Source of the DNA: Magallana gigas
Taxonomy: Eukaryota
DNA length: 64,000 nt
NCBI RefSeq assembly: GCF_963853765.1
Contig: NC_088861.1
Span: 21,292,281-21,356,280 of the forward strand
Reading direction: 5' to 3'
Shown: one piece after another, positions 1-11,827 of the stretch
Position numbering within the stretch: the first letter of the stretch is position 1
Layout of the letters: every line of letters starts with the position of its first letter
Notes under the pieces: model-generated
What the model saw: the letters and a program-made list of their open reading frames with translations, nothing else
Database searches by the model: none
Told to the model about the DNA's origin: nothing
Position numbers and translations under genes: made by a program

Positions 1-2780
1 TAGGAATATATAGAGAAAATCTGTAAACTTTCTTCTCAAAAACAATGACGCCAGGAAAGCTCAAATTCAAATGGAAGCATCCTCAGGTAATGTAGATTTT
101 AGTTTGTTCAAATCATGGTCCCCGGGGGAAGGGTTGGGCCACAGTAGGGGGATCAAGTTTTACATAGGAATATATAGAGAAAATCTTTAAACTTTCTTCT
201 CAAAAACTATGACGCCAGGAAAGCTCAAATTAAAATGGAAGCATCCTCAGGTAGTGTAGATTTTAGTTTGTTCAAATCATGGTCCCCGGGGGTAGGGTAG
301 GGCCACAGTAGGGGGATCAAGTTTTACATAGAAATATATAGAGAAAATCTTTAGACTTTCTTCTAAAAAACTATGACGACAGGAAAGCTCAAATTAAAAT
401 GGAAGCATCCTCAGGTAGGGTAGATTTTAGTTTGTTCAAATCATGGTCCCCGGGGGGTAGATTTGGGCCACAGTAGGGGGATCAAGTTTTACTTAGGAAT
501 ATATAGAGAAAATCTTTAAACATTCATCAAAAAAACTATGACGCCAGGAAAGCTCAAATTAAAATGGAAGCATCCTCAGGTAGTGTAGATTTTCGTTTGT
601 TCAAATCATGGTCCCCAGGGGTAGGGTAGGGCCACAGTAGGGGGATCAAGTTTTACATAGGAATATATAGAGAAAATCTGTCAACTTTCTTCTGAAAATC
701 TATGACGCCAGTAAAGCTCAAATTAAAATGGAAGCATCCTCAGGTAGTATAGATTTTAGTTTGTTCAAATCATGGTCCCCGGGGGTAGAGTTGGGCCACA
801 GTAGGGGGATCAAGTTTTACTTAGGAATATATACAGAAAATCTTTAAACTTTCTTCTCAAAAACTATGACGCCAGGAAAGCTCAAATTAAAATGGAAGCA
901 TCCTCAGGTAGTGTAGATTTTAGTTTGTTCAAATCATGGTCCCCGGGGGTAGGGTAGGGCCACAGTAGGGGGATCAAGTTTTACATAGGAATATAAAGAG
1001 AAAATCTGTAAACTTTCTTCTCAAAAACTATGACGCCAGGAAAGCTCAAATTCAAATGGAAGCATCCTCAGGAAGTGAATATTCTTGTTTGTTCAAATCA
1101 TGGTCCCCGGATGTAGGGTAGGGCCACAGTAGGGGGATCAAGTTTTACATAGGAGTATAGAGAGAAAATCTTTAAACTTTCTTCTCAAAAACTATGACGC
1201 CAGGAAAGCTCAAATTAAAATGGAAGAATCCTCAGGTAGTGTAGATTTTAGTTTGTTCAAATCATGGTCCCCGGGGGTAGGGTAGGGCCACAGTAGGGGG
1301 ATCAAGTTTTACATAGGAATATAAAGAGAAAATCTGTAAACTTTCTTCTCAAAAACTATGACGCCAGGAAAGCTCAAATTCAAATGGAAGCATCCTCAGG
1401 AAGTGAATATTCTTGTTTGTTCAAATCATGGTCCCCGGATGTAGGGTAGGGCCACAGGAGGGGGATCAAGTTTTACATAGGAGTATAGAGAGAAAATCTT
1501 TAAACTTTCTTCTCAAAAACTATGACGCCAGGAAAGCTCAAATTAAAATGGAAGCATCCTCAGGTAGTGTAGATTTTAGTTTGTTCAAATCATGGTCCCC
1601 GGAGGTAGGGTTGGGCCACAGTAGGGGGATCAAGTTTTACATAGGAATATATAGAGAAAATCTGTAAACTTTCTTCTCAAAAACTATGACGCCAGGAAAG
1701 CTCAAATTAAAATGGAAGCATCCTCAGGAAGTGAATATTCTTGTTTATTCAAATCATGGCCCCCGGATGTAGGGTAGGGCAACAGTAGGGGGATCAAGTT
1801 TTACGTAGGAAAATATATAGAGAAAATCTGTAAACTTTCTTCTCAAAAACTATGACGCCAGGAAAGCTCAAATTAAAATGGAAGCATCCTCAGGTAGTGT
1901 AGATTTAAGTTTGTTCAAATCGTGGTCGTCGGGGGTAGGGTTGGGCAACAGTAGGGGGATCAACTTTTATTTAGGAATATATAGAGAAAATCTGTAAACT
2001 TTCTTCTCAAAAACTATGACGCCAGGAAAGCTCAAATTCAAATGGAAGCATCCTCAGGAAGTGAATATTCTTGTTTGTTCAAATTAAGGTCCCCCGGGGT
2101 AGGGTTGGGCCACAGTAGGGGGATCAAGTTTTACATAGGAGTATATAGAGAAAATCTTTAAACTTTCTTCTCAAAAACTATGACGCCAGGAAAGCTCAAA
2201 TTAAAATGGAAGTATCCTCTGGTAGTGTAGATTTTAGTTTGTTCAAATCATGGTCCCCGGGGGTAGGGTTGGGCCACAGTAGGGGGATCAAGTTTTACAT
2301 AGGAATATATAGAGAACATTTTTAAACTTTCTTCTCAAAAACTATGACGCCAGGAAAGCTCAAATTAAAATAGAAGCATCCTCAGGAAGTGAATATTCTT
2401 GTATGTTCAAATCATGGTCCCCGGGGGTAGGGTTGGGCCACAGTAGGGGGATCAAGTTTTACATAGGAATATATAGAGAAAATCTTTAAACTTTCTTCCC
2501 AAAAACTATGACGCCAGGAAAGCTCAAAATAAAACGGAAGCATCCTCAGAAAATGAATATTCTTGTTTGTTCAAATCATGGTCCCCGGGGGAAGGGATGG
2601 GCCACAGTAGGGGGATCAAGTTTTACATAGGAGTATATAGAGAAAATCTTTAAACTTTCTTCTCAAAAACTATGACACCAAAAAAGCCCAAATTAAAATG
2701 GAAGCATCCTCTGGTAGTGTAGATTTTAGTTTGTTCAAATCATGGTCCCCGGGGCTAGGGTTGGGCCACAGTAGGGGGAT
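1..2780. repeat. Block duplicated at 14810-17590 (offset ~14.81 kb); the duplication extends upstream of the window
   Basis: 1-70 matches 14811-14880. The 84 aa marker ORF at 1413 matches the one at 16220. cgtggtcgtc variant monomers sit at ~1921 and ~16731. GAACATTTTTAAAC ... GTATGTTC landmarks sit at ~2290-2400 and ~17110-17211. The match ends at about 2780/17590. Confidence 0.75.
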
Positions 2781-5700
2781 CAAGTTTTACATAGGAATAT
2801 ATAAAGAAAATTTTTAAACTTTCTTCTCAAAAACTATGACGCCAGGAAAGCTCAAATTAAAATGGAAGAATCCTCAGGTAGTGTAGATTTTAGTTTGTTC
2901 AAATCCTGGTCCCCGGAGGTAGGGTTGGGCCACAGTAGGGGGATAAAGTTTTACATAGGAATATATAGAGAAAATCTGTAAACTTTCTTCTCAAAAACTA
3001 TGACGCCAGGAAAGCTCAAATTAAAATGGAAGCATCCTGAGGAAGTGAATATTCCTGTTTGTTCAAATCATGGTCCCCGGATGTAGGGTAGGGCCACAGT
3101 AGGGGGATCACCTTTTACATAGGAATATATAGAGAAAATCTTTAAATTTTCTTCTCAAAAACTATGACGCCAGGAAAGCTCAAATTAAAATGGAAGCATC
3201 CTCAGGAAGTAAATATTCTTGTTTGCTCAAATCATGGTCCCAGGATGTAGGGTAGGGCTACAGTAGGGGGATCAAGTTTTAAATAGGAATATATAGAGAA
3301 AATCTGTAAACTTTCTTCTCAAAAACTATGACGCCAGGAAAGCTCAAATCAAAATGGAAGCATCCTCAGGTAGTGTAGATTTTAGTTGGTTCAAATCATG
3401 GTCCCCGGGGGTAAGTTTGGGCCACAGTAGGGGGATCAACTTTTACATAGAAATATATAGAGAAAATCTGTAAACTTTCTTCTCAAAAACAATGACGTCA
3501 GGAAAGCTCAAATTCAAATGGAAGCATCCTCAGGAAGTGAATATTCTTGTTTGTTCAAATTATGGTCCCCGGGGGTAGGGTTGGGCCACAGTAGGGGGAT
3601 CAAGTTTTACTTAGGAGTATAAAGAGAAAATCTTTAAACTTTCTTCTCAAAAACTATGACGCCAGGAAAGCTCAAATTAAAATCGAAGTATCCTCTGGTA
3701 GTGTAGATTTTAGTTTGTTCAAATCATGGTCCCCGGGGGTAGGGTTGGGCAACAGTAGGGGGATCACCTTTTACATAGGAATATATAGAGAAAATCTTTA
3801 AATTTTCTTCTCAACAACTATGACGCCAGGAAGGCTCAAATTAAAATGAAAGTATCCCCAGGAAGTGAATATTCTTCTTTGTTCAAATCATGGTCCCAGG
3901 ATGTAGGGTAGGGCAACAGTAGGGGGATAAAGTTTTAAATAGGAATATAAAGAGAAAATCTGTAAACTTTCTTCTCAAAAACTACGACGCCTGGAAAGCT
4001 CAAATTAAAATGAAAGCATCTTCAGGTAGTGTAAATTTTAGTTTGTTCAAATCATGGTCCCCGGGGGTAGGGTTGGGCCACAGTATGGGGATCAAGTTTT
4101 ACGTAGGAATATATAGAGAATATCTCTAAACTTTCTTCTCAAAAACTATGACGCCAGGAAAGCTCAAATTAAAATGGAAGCATCCTCAGGAAGTGAATAT
4201 TCCTGTTTGTTCAAATCATGGTCCCCGGATGTACGGTAGGGCCACAGTAGGGGGATCAAGTTTGTAATTGGAATATATAGTGAAAATCTTTAAACTTTCT
4301 TCTAAAAAACAATGACGTCAGGAAAGCTCAAATTCAAATGGAAGCATCCTCAGGAAGTGAATATTCTTGTTTGTTCAAAGCATGGCACCCGGATGTAGGG
4401 TAGGGCCACAGTAGGGGGATCAAGTTTTACGTAGGAATATATATAGAGAAAATCTGTAAACTTTCTTCTCAAAAACTATGACTCCAGGAAAGCTCAAATT
4501 AAAATGGAAGCATCCTCAGGTAGTGTAGATTTAAGTTTGTTCAAATCGTGGTCGTCGGGGGTAGGGTTGGGCAACAGTAGGGGGATCAACTTTTATTTAG
4601 GAATATATAGAGAAAATCTGTAAACTTTCTTCTCAAAAACTATGACGCCAGGAAAGCTCAAATTCAAATGGAAGCATCCTCAGGAAGTGAATATTCTTGT
4701 TTGTTCAAATTAAGGTCCCCCGGGGTAGGGTTGGGCCACAGTAGGGGGATCAAGTTTTACATAGGAGTATATAGAGAAAATCTTTAAACTTTCTTCTCAA
4801 AAACTATGACGCCAGGAAAGCTCAAATTAAAATGGAAGTATCCTCTGGTAGTGTAGATATTAGTTTGTTCAAATCATTGTCCCCGGGGGTAGGGTTGGGC
4901 CACAGTAGGGGGATCAAGTTTTACATAGGAGTATAGAGAGAAAATCTTTAAACTTTCTAATCAAAAACTATGACGCCAGGAAAGCTCAAATTAAAATGGA
5001 AGAATCCTCAGGTAGTGTAGATTTTAGTTTGTTCAAATCCTGGTCCCCGGAGGTAGGGTTGGGCCACAGTAGGGGGATAAAGTTTTACATAGGAATATAT
5101 AGAGAAAATCTGTAAACTTTCTTCTCAAAAACTATGACGCCAGGAAAGCTCAAATTAAAATGGAAGCATCCTGAGGAAGTGAATATTCCTGTTTGTTCAA
5201 ATCATGGTCCCCGGATGTAGGGTAGGGCCACAGTAGGGGGATCAAGTTTGTAATTGGAATATATAGTGAAAATCTGTAAACTTTCTTCTCAAAAACTATG
5301 ACGCCAGGAAAGCTCAAATTAAAATGGAAGCATCCTCAGGAAGTGAATGTTCTTGTTTGTTTAAATCATGGTCCCCGGGGGTAGGGTTGGGGCACAGTAG
5401 GGGGATCAAGTTTTACATAGGAGTATATAGAGAAAATCTTTAAATTTTCTTCTCAAAAATTATGACGCCAGGAAAGCTCAAATTAAAATGGAAGTATCCT
5501 CTGGTAGAGTAGATTTTAGTTTCTTCAAATCATGGTCCCCGGGGGTAGGGTTTGGCAACAGTAGGGGGATCACCTTTTACATAGGAATATATAGAGAAAA
5601 TCTGTAAACTTTCTTCTCAAAAACTATGACGCCAGGAAAGCTCAAATTAAAATGGAGGTATCCTCTGGTAGTGTAGATTTTATTTTATTCAAATCCTGGT

Positions 5701-6003
5701 CCCCGGAGGTAGGGTTGGGCCACAGTAGGGGGATAAAGTTTTACTTAGGAATATATAGAGAAAATCTGTAAACTTTCTTCTCAAAAACTATGACGCCAGG
5801 AAAGCTCAAATTAAAATGGAAGCATCCTCAGGAAGTGAATATTCCTGTTTGTTCAAATCATGGTCCCCGGATGTAGGGTAGGGCCACAGTAGGGGGATCA
5901 AGTTTGTAATTGGAATATATAGTGAAAATCTTTAAACTTTCTTCTCAAAAACTATGACGCCAGGAAAGCTCAAATTAAAATGGAAGCATCCTCAGGAAGT
6001 GAA

Positions 6004-6063
6004 CGATATCGGCAGTCTTACTCTCACAGTATCCTGAATCACGGCCTAAAAAAATTGGGTGAA
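6004..6063. other. Non-satellite ~60 bp segment replacing ~43 bp of a monomer (CGATATCGGCAGTCTTACTCTCACAGTATCCTGAATCACGGCCTAAAAAAATTGGGTGAAT); candidate mobile-element or filler-DNA remnant
   Basis: The segment has no similarity to any part of the monomer consensus. It is flanked on both sides by normal monomer sequence (…CTCAGGAAGTGAA | insert | AGGGCCACAGTAGGGGG…). It contains an EcoRV site and a short A-run. Confidence 0.7.
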
Positions 6064-9000
6064 TAGGGCCACAGTAGGGGGATTAAGTTTTAAATAGGAA
6101 TATAAAGAGAAAATCTGTAAACTTTCTTCTCAAAAACTATGACGCCAGGAAAGCTCAAATTAAAATGAAAGCATCTTCAGGTAGTGTAAATTTTAGTTTG
6201 TTTAAATCATGGTCCCCGGAGGTAGGGTTGGGCCACAGTAGGGGGATCAAGTTTTACGTAGGAATATAAAGAGAAAATCTTTAAACTTTCTTCTCAAAAA
6301 CTATGACGCCAGGAAAGCTCAAATTAAAATGGAAGAATCCTCAGGTAGTGTAGATTTTAGTTTGTTCAAATCATGGTCCCCGGAGGTAGGGTTGGGCCAC
6401 AGTAGGGGGATAAAGTTTTACATAGGAATATATAGAGAAAATCTGTAAACTTTCTTCTCAAAAACTATGACGCCAGGAAAGCTCAAATTAAAATGGAAGC
6501 ATCCTCAGGAAGTGAATATTCTTGTTTGTTCAAATCATGGCCCCCGGATGTAGGGTAGGGCAACAGTAGGGGGATCAAGTTTTACGTAGGAATATATATA
6601 GAGAAAATCTGTAAACTTTCTTCTCAAAAACTATGACGCCAGGAAAGCTCAAATTAAAATGGAAGCATCCTCAGGTAGTGTAGATTTAAGTTTGTTCAAA
6701 TCGTGGTCGTCGGGGGTAGGGTTGGGCAACAGTAGGGGGATCAACTTTTATTTAGGAATATATAGAGAAAATCTGTAAACTTTCTTCTCAAAAACTATGA
6801 CGCCAGGAAAGCTCAAATTCAAATGGAAGCATCCTCAGGAAGTGAATATTCTTGTTTGTTCAAATTAAGGTCCCCCGGGGTAGGGTTGGGCCACAGTAGG
6901 GGGATCAAGTTTTACATAGGAGTATATAGAGAAAATCTTTAAACTTTCTTCTCAAAAACTATGACGCCAGGAAAGCTCAAATTAAAATGGAAGTATCCTC
7001 TGGTAGTGTAGATTTTAGTTTGTTCAAATCATGGTCCCCGGGGGTAGGGTTGGGCCACAGTAGGGGGATCAAGTTTTACATAGGAATATATAGAGAACAT
7101 TTTTAAACTTTCTTCTCAAAAACTATGACGCCAGGAAAGCTCAAATTAAAATAGAAGCATCCTCAGGTAGTGAATATTCTTGTTTGTTCAAATCATGGTC
7201 CCCGGGGGTAGGGTTGGGCCACAGTAGGGGGATCAAGTTTTATTTAGAAATATATAGAGAAAATCTTTAAACTTTCTTCCCAAAAACTATGACCCCAGGA
7301 AAGCTCAAATTAAAATGGAAGAATCCTCAGGTAGTGTAGATTTTAGTTTGTTCAAATCATGGTCCCCGGAGGTAGGGTTGGGCCACAGTAGGGGGATAAA
7401 GTTTTACATAGGAATATATAGAGAAAATCTGTAAACTTTCTTCTCAAAAACTATGACGCCAGGAAAGCTCAAATTAAAATGGAAGCATCCTCAGGAAGTG
7501 AATATTCTTGTTTGTTCAAATCATGGCCCCCGGATGTAGGGTAGGGCAACAGTAGGGGGATCAAGTTTTACGTAGGAATATATATAGAGAAAATCTGTAA
7601 ACTTTCTTCTCAAAAACTATGACGCCAGGAAAGCTCAAATTAAAATGGAAGCATCCTCAGGTAGTGTAGATTTAAGTTTGTTCAAATCGTGGTCGTCGGG
7701 GGTAGGGTTGGGCAACAGTAGGGGGATCAACTTTTATTTAGGAATATATAGAGAAAATCTGTAAACTTTCTTCTCAAAAACTATGACGCCAGGAAAGCTC
7801 AAATTCAAATGGAAGCATCCTCAGGAAGTGAATATTCTTGTTTGTTCAAATTAAGGTCCCCCGGGGTAGGTTTGGGCCACAGTAGGGGGATCAAGTTTTA
7901 CATAGGAGTATATAGAGAAAATCTTTAAACTTTCTTCTCAAAAACTATGACGCCAGGAAAGCTCAAATTAAAATGGAAGTATCCTCTGGTAGTGTAGATA
8001 TTAGTTTGTTCAAATCATGGTCCCCGGGGGTAGGGTTGGGCCACAGTAGGGGGATCAAGTTTTACATAGGAATATATAGAGAACATTTTTAAACTTTCTT
8101 CACAAAAACTATGACGCCAGGAAAGCTCAAATTAAAATAGAAGCATCCTCAGGTAGTGAATATTCTTGTTTGTTCAAATCATGGTCCCCGGGGGTAGGGT
8201 AGGGCCACAGTAGGGGGATCAAGTTTTATTTAGGAATATATAGAGAAAATCTTTAAACTTTCTTCCCAAAAACTATGACGCCAGGAAAGCTTAAAATAAA
8301 ACGGAAGCATCCTCAGAAAATGAATATTCTTGTTTGTTCAAATCATGGTCCCCGGGGGAAGGGATGGGCCACAGTAGGGGGATCAAGTTTTACATAGGAA
8401 TATATAGAGAAAATCTGTAAACTTTCTTCTCAAAAACTATGACGCCAGGAAAGCTCAAATTAAAATGGAAGCATCCTCAGGAACTGAATATTCTTGTTTG
8501 TTCAAATTATGGTCCCTGGGGGTAGGGTTGGGCCACAGTAGGGGGATCAAGTTTTACATAGGAGTATATAGAGAAAATCTTTAAACTTTCTTCTCAAAAA
8601 CTATGACACCAGAAAAGCCCAAATTAAAATGGAAGCATCCTCTGGTAGTGTAGATTTTAGTTTGTTCAAATCATGGTCCCCGGGGGTAGGGTTGGGCCAC
8701 AGTAGGGGGATCAAGTTTTAAATAGGAATATAGAGAAAATTTTTAAACTTTCTTCTCAAAAATTATGACGCCAGGAAAGCTCAAAATAAAATGGAAGCAT
8801 CCTCAGAAAGTGAATATTCTTGTTTGTTCAGATCATGGTCCCCGGGGGTAGAGATGGGCCACAGTAGAGGGGTCAACTTTTACATAGGAATATATAGAGA
8901 AATCTGTAAACTTTCTTCTCAAAAACTATGACGCCAGGAAAGCTCAAATTAAAATGGAAGCATCCTCAGGAACTGAATATTCTTGTTCGTTCAAATTATG

Positions 9001-11767
9001 GTCCCCGGGGGTAGGGTTGGGCCACAGTAGGGGGATCAAGTTTTACATAGGAGTATATAGAGAAAATCTTTAAACTTTCTTCTCAAAAACTATGACACCA
9101 AAAAAGCCCAAATTAAAATGGAAGCATCCTCTGGTAGTGTAGATTTTAGTTTTTTCAAATCATGGTCCCCGGGGCTAGGGTTGGGCCACAGTAGGGGGAT
9201 CAAGTTTTACATAGGAATATATAGAGAACATTTTTAAACTTTCTTCTCAAAAACTATGACGCCAGGAAAGCTCAAATTAAAATGGAAGCATCCTCAGGAA
9301 CTGAATTTTCTTGTTTGTTCAAATCATGGTCCCCGGGGGTAGGGTTGGGCCACAGTAGGGGGATCAAGTTTTACATAGGAATATATAGAGAAAATCTTTA
9401 AACTTTCTTTTCAAAAACAATGACGCCAGTAAAGCTCAAATTAAAATGGAAGCATTCTCAGAAAGTGAATATTCTTGTTTGTTCAAATTATGGTCCCCGG
9501 GGGCAGGGTTGGGCCACAGTAGGGGGATCAAGTTTTACATAGGAATATATAGAGAAAATCTTTGAACTTTCTTCCCAAAGACTATGACGCAAGGAAAGCT
9601 CAAATTAAAATGGAAGTATCCTCTGGTAGTGTAGATTTTTGTTTGTTCAAATCATGGTCCCCGGGGGTAGGGTTGGGCCACAGTAGGGGGATCAAGTTTT
9701 ACATAGGAATATATAGAGAAAATCTTTAAACTTTCTTCTCAAAAACTATGACGCCAGGAAAGCTCAAATTAAAATGGAAGCATCCTCAGGTAGTGTAGAT
9801 TTAAGTTTGTTCAAATCATGGTCCCCGGGGGTAGGTTTGGGCCACAGTAGGGGGATGAAGTTTTACATAGGAATATATAGAGAAAATCTGTAAACTTTCT
9901 TCTCAAAAACAATGACGCCAGGAAAGCTCAAATTCAAATGGAAGCATCCTCAGGTAATGTAGATTTTAGTTTGTTCAAATCATGGTCCCCGGGGGAAGGG
10001 TTGGGCCACAGTAGGGGGATCAAGTTTTACATAGGAATATATAGAGAAAATCTTTAAACTTTCTTCTCAAAAACAATGACGTCAGGAAAGCTCAAATTCA
10101 AATGGAAGCATCCTCAGGAAGTGAATATTCTTGTTTGTTCAAATCATGGCACCCGGATGTAGGGTAGGGCCACAGTAGGGGGATCAAGTTTTACGTAGGA
10201 ATATATATAGAGAAAATCTGTAAACTTTCTTCTCAAAAACTATGACGCCAGGAAAGCTCAAATTAAAATCGAAGCATCCTCAGGTAGTGTAGATTTAAGT
10301 TTGTTCAAATCGTGGTCGTCGGGGGTAGGGTTGGGCAACAGTAGGGGGATCAACTTTTATTTAGGAATATATAGAGAAAATCTGTAAACTTTCTTCTCAA
10401 AAACTATGACGCCAGGAAAGCTCAAATTCAAATGGAAGCATCCTCAGGAAGTGAATATTCTTGTTTGTTCAAATTAAGGTCCCCCGGGGTAGGGTTGGGC
10501 CACAGTAGGGGGATCAAGTTTTACATAGGAGTATATAGAGAAAATCTTTAAACTTTCTTCTCAAAAACTATGACGCCAGGAAAGCTCAAATTAAAATGGA
10601 AGTATCCTCTGGTAGTGTAGATATTAGTTTGTTCAAATCATTGTCCCCGGGGGTAGGGTTGGGCCACAGTAGGGGGATCAAGTTTTACATAGGAGTATAG
10701 AGAGAAAATCTTTAAACTTTCTAATCAAAAACTATGACGCCAGGAAAGCTCAAATTAAAATGGAAGAATCCTCAGGTAGTGTAGATTTTAGTTTGTTCAA
10801 ATCCTGGTCCCCGGAGGTAGGGTTGGGCCACAGTATGGGGATAAAGTTTTACATAGGAATATATAGAGAAAATCTGTAAACTTTCTTCTCAAAAACTATG
10901 ACGCCAGGAAAGCTCAAATTAAAATGGAAGCATCCTGAGGAAGTGAATATTCCTGTTTGTTCAAATCATGGTCCCCGGATGTAGGGTATGGCCACAGTAG
11001 GGGGATCAAGTTTGTAATTGGAATATATAGTGAAAATCTGTAAACTTTCTTCTCAAAAACTATGACGCCAGGAAAGCTCAAATTAAAATGGAAGCATCCT
11101 CAGGAAGTGAATGTTCTTGTTTGTTTAAATCATGGTCCCCGGGGGCAGGGTTGGGGCACAGTAGGGGGATCAAGTTTTACATAGGAGTATATAGAGAAAA
11201 TCTTTAAATTTTCTTCTCAAAAATTATGACGCCAGGAAAGCTCAAATTAAAATGGAAGTATCCTCTGGTAGAGTAGATTTTAGTTTCTTCAAATCATGGT
11301 CCCCGGGGGTAGGGTTTGGCAACAGTAGGGGGATCACCTTTTACATAGGAATATATAGAGAAAATCTTTAAACTTTCTTCTCAAAAACTATGACGCCAGG
11401 AAAGCTCAAATTAAAATGGAGGTATCCTCTGGTAGTGTAGATTTTATTTTATTCAAATCCTGGTCCCCGGAGGTAGGGTTGGGCCACAGTAGGGGGATAA
11501 AGTTTTACTTAGGAATATATAGAGAAAATCTGTAAACTTTCTTCTCAAAAACTATGACGCCAGGAAAGCTCAAATTAAAATGGAAGCATCCTCAGGAAGT
11601 GAATATTCCTGTTTGTTCAAATCATGGTCCCCGGATGTAGGGTAGGGCCACAGTAGGGGGATCAAGTTTGTAATTGGAATATATAGTGAAAATCTTTAAA
11701 CTTTCTTCTCAAAAACTATGACGCCAGGAAAGCTCAAATTAAAATGGAAGCATCCTCAGGAAGTGAA

Positions 11768-11827
11768 CGATATCGGCAGTCTTACTCTCACAGTATCCTG
11801 AATCACGGCCTAAAAAATTGGGTGAAT
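11768..11827. other. Second copy of the non-satellite ~60 bp segment, copied as part of the 5.77 kb HOR; it differs from the first copy only by one fewer A in the A-run
   Basis: It is identical in sequence and monomer context to 6004-6063 and lies 5764 bp downstream. Confidence 0.7.

Noticed and set aside
590-620. Possible CENP-B box in the variant TTTTCGTTTGTTCAAATCATGGTCCCC (also at ~15400)
   Set aside because: It contains TTCG, but the downstream A..CGGG core is not at the required spacing. It is present in only a couple of monomers, a CpG-creating variant, not a conserved box.
6004-6063. Intact transposable-element insertion
   Set aside because: It is only ~60 bp, with no terminal repeats, target-site duplication or coding capacity discernible. 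At most it is a fragment or filler; it is reported as a foreign segment of unknown origin.
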